From NCBI GenBank assembly GCA_964423405.1, contig CAYREY010000001.1:86175-150174 (forward strand): DNA of 64,000 nucleotides, in the 5' to 3' direction. Under the pieces are notes generated by a model. The model did no database searches. It saw only the letters and a program-made list of their open reading frames with translations, and had not been told where the DNA came from. A program made the position numbers and the translations under genes. Shown here piece after piece: positions 62,863 to 64,000 of the stretch. Origin of the DNA: an uncultured Chitinophaga sp. (GTDB taxonomy: Bacteria > Bacteroidota > Bacteroidia > Chitinophagales > LD1). Positions within the stretch are counted from its first letter, which is position 1, and each line of letters opens with the position of its first letter.

Positions 62863-63687
62863 TTAAACAGCTACGTTATTTTCGCGCAGGGCATCGTTAA
62901 GCGATGTTTTTTTATCGGTAGATTCTTTTCGCTGGCCTATGATAAGCGCACAAGGCACCTGGTATTCACCTGCCGGAAATTTTTTGGTGTAGCTACCTGG
63001 TATTACCACCGAACGGGCCGGTACTACACCTTTATACTCTACCGGTTCGGGGCCGGTTACATCAATTATTTTAGTGCTCATGGTTAGCACCACATTGGCA
63101 CCCAGCACGGCCTCCTGCTCTACCCGTACGCCCTCTACCACTATACAGCGCGAGCCAATAAAACAGTTATCTTCTATAATAACCGGTGCGGCCTGCACGG
63201 GCTCCAGTACGCCGCCTATTCCTACGCCACCGCTCAGGTGTACGTGCTTGCCTATTTGTGCGCAACTGCCCACGGTGGCCCAGGTATCTACCATGGTACC
63301 TTCATCTACATAAGCACCAATGTTTACGTAACTGGGCATCATTATTACACCTTTTGCAACAAAACTACCATAGCGGGCTATGGCATGGGGCACCACGCGC
63401 ACACCCAGCTCTTTATAATTCTTCTTCAGGGCTATTTTATCGTGAAACTCAAACGGCCCAACCTCTATAGTAGCCATTTGCTGTATAGGAAAATACATGA
63501 GCACCGCTTTCTTAATCCATTCGTTGATAGTCCAGCCGGCCAGATTTTTTTCGGCTATGCGTATAACGCCTTTATCCAGCAGTTCTACCACATCACGTAT
63601 GGTTTGCTGGGTTTTATCGTATTGCAGCAGGCTTCTGTCGAGCCATGCCTGTTCTATATCGTGTTGTAAATCGGCCAGGTTATGCAT
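62863..63687 (-). CDS. dapD: 2,3,4,5-tetrahydropyridine-2,6-dicarboxylate N-succinyltransferase
   Basis: EWIKKAVLMYF, RVVPHAIARYGS, MPSYVNIGAYVDEGTMVDTWATVGSCAQIGKHVHLSGGVGIGGVLEP; start moved to ATG 63687. Confidence 0.97.
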   Translation of the reverse strand: MHNLADLQHDIEQAWLDRSLLQYDKTQQTIRDVVELLDKGVIRIAEKNLAGWTINEWIKKAVLMYFPIQQMATIEVGPFEFHDKIALKKNYKELGVRVVPHAIARYGSFVAKGVIMMPSYVNIGAYVDEGTMVDTWATVGSCAQIGKHVHLSGGVGIGGVLEPVQAAPVIIEDNCFIGSRCIVVEGVRVEQEAVLGANVVLTMSTKIIDVTGPEPVEYKGVVPARSVVIPGSYTKKFPAGEYQVPCALIIGQRKESTDKKTSLNDALRENNVAV

Positions 63688-63796
63688 TTGAGTATTTTTT
63701 GAAACACGACAATTATAGGCTGTTTGTAACTGCTTTGAAAATTTTTGCCCCAACTTTTGTTTTATCCTACATTTGAAACGAGATAATACCACTACT

Positions 63797-64000
63797 ATGC
63801 GCGTACTTAAACTTTGCCTGATTGGTGGCCTGCTGATTGTAGCCGGCAGCACCCATGCCCAGATATTTATTAACACCGGCAACCCAAACCTGGATAAGTA
63901 CAAAAATGAAAACCCGAATGCGGTGATTTGGGAGAACGGCAAAACCGTGCCCATACCCCCCAATACCCCCGAAGAACCGGCTAAAGAAGCGCCTAAAAAG
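63797..64000 (+). CDS. Secreted protein, N-terminal part (3'-truncated by window)
   Basis: My translation: MRVLKLCLIGGLLIVAGSTHAQIFINTGNPNLDKYKNENPNAVIWENGKTVPIPPNTPEEPAKEAPKK, open to the window end. Confidence 0.65.
   Translation, partial: MRVLKLCLIGGLLIVAGSTHAQIFINTGNPNLDKYKNENPNAVIWENGKTVPIPPNTPEEPAKEAPKK

Noticed and set aside
211-63691. Numerous 60-230 aa antisense or out-of-frame ORFs in the track (e.g. 5632-6042, 14247-14936, 36037-36660, 61656-62243)
   Set aside because: They fully overlap well-supported genes, have no motifs, and are expected as shadows given the scarcity of stop codons on the opposite strand
63688-63963. Long N-terminal extension of dapD
   Set aside because: DapD homology begins near ATG 63687; the extension is antisense to the divergent secreted-protein gene starting at 63797
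1-64000. rRNA, tRNA, CRISPR array, integrase/transposase, prophage, retron or restriction-modification genes
   Set aside because: No cloverleaf or rRNA-like segments, no repeat-spacer periodicity, and no ORF with such motifs seen; gene content is core or envelope

Overview
Core chromosomal window of a Bacteroidota genome. The evidence is T9SS C-terminal domains, TAnnTTTG promoters, DUF5686/DUF5106/DUF4197 families and a flexirubin/aryl-polyene-type locus; a Chitinophagales-like lineage is an inference. It holds about 70 densely packed CDS: the rimM-trmD-rplS end, arfB, two T9SS cargo proteins, rRNA methyltransferases, a DUF47-PiT phosphate operon, rnhA, tsaE, ald, a GlxA-linked VOC/SRPBCC cluster, a reduced aryl-polyene/flexirubin-like type II FAS/PKS cluster with a halogenase-signature flavoprotein, and dapD. 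I found no rRNA, tRNA, CRISPR array, integrase, transposase or prophage. Best lead (53945-56153): a CTAA-N5-TTAG palindrome, matching the Bacteroidota SOS-box motif as I recall it, lies just upstream of a PA0069/SplB-like radical SAM gene. That gene is followed by an uncharacterised 324-aa gene, and both proteins end in beta-clamp-binding-like motifs (QLKLF, QLDLF), suggesting a damage-inducible, clamp-docked DNA repair module. Other leads: strong TC (especially TCA/TCC/TCT) depletion with AUA as the dominant Ile codon in ordinary genes; a catalytically degenerate M16 fold fused to an OmpA-like domain; and two paralogous ~45-aa Cys-knotted lipoproteins. All family assignments come from motif recognition by eye, with no database searches. 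Several starts were moved from the ORF track to more plausible internal ATGs.
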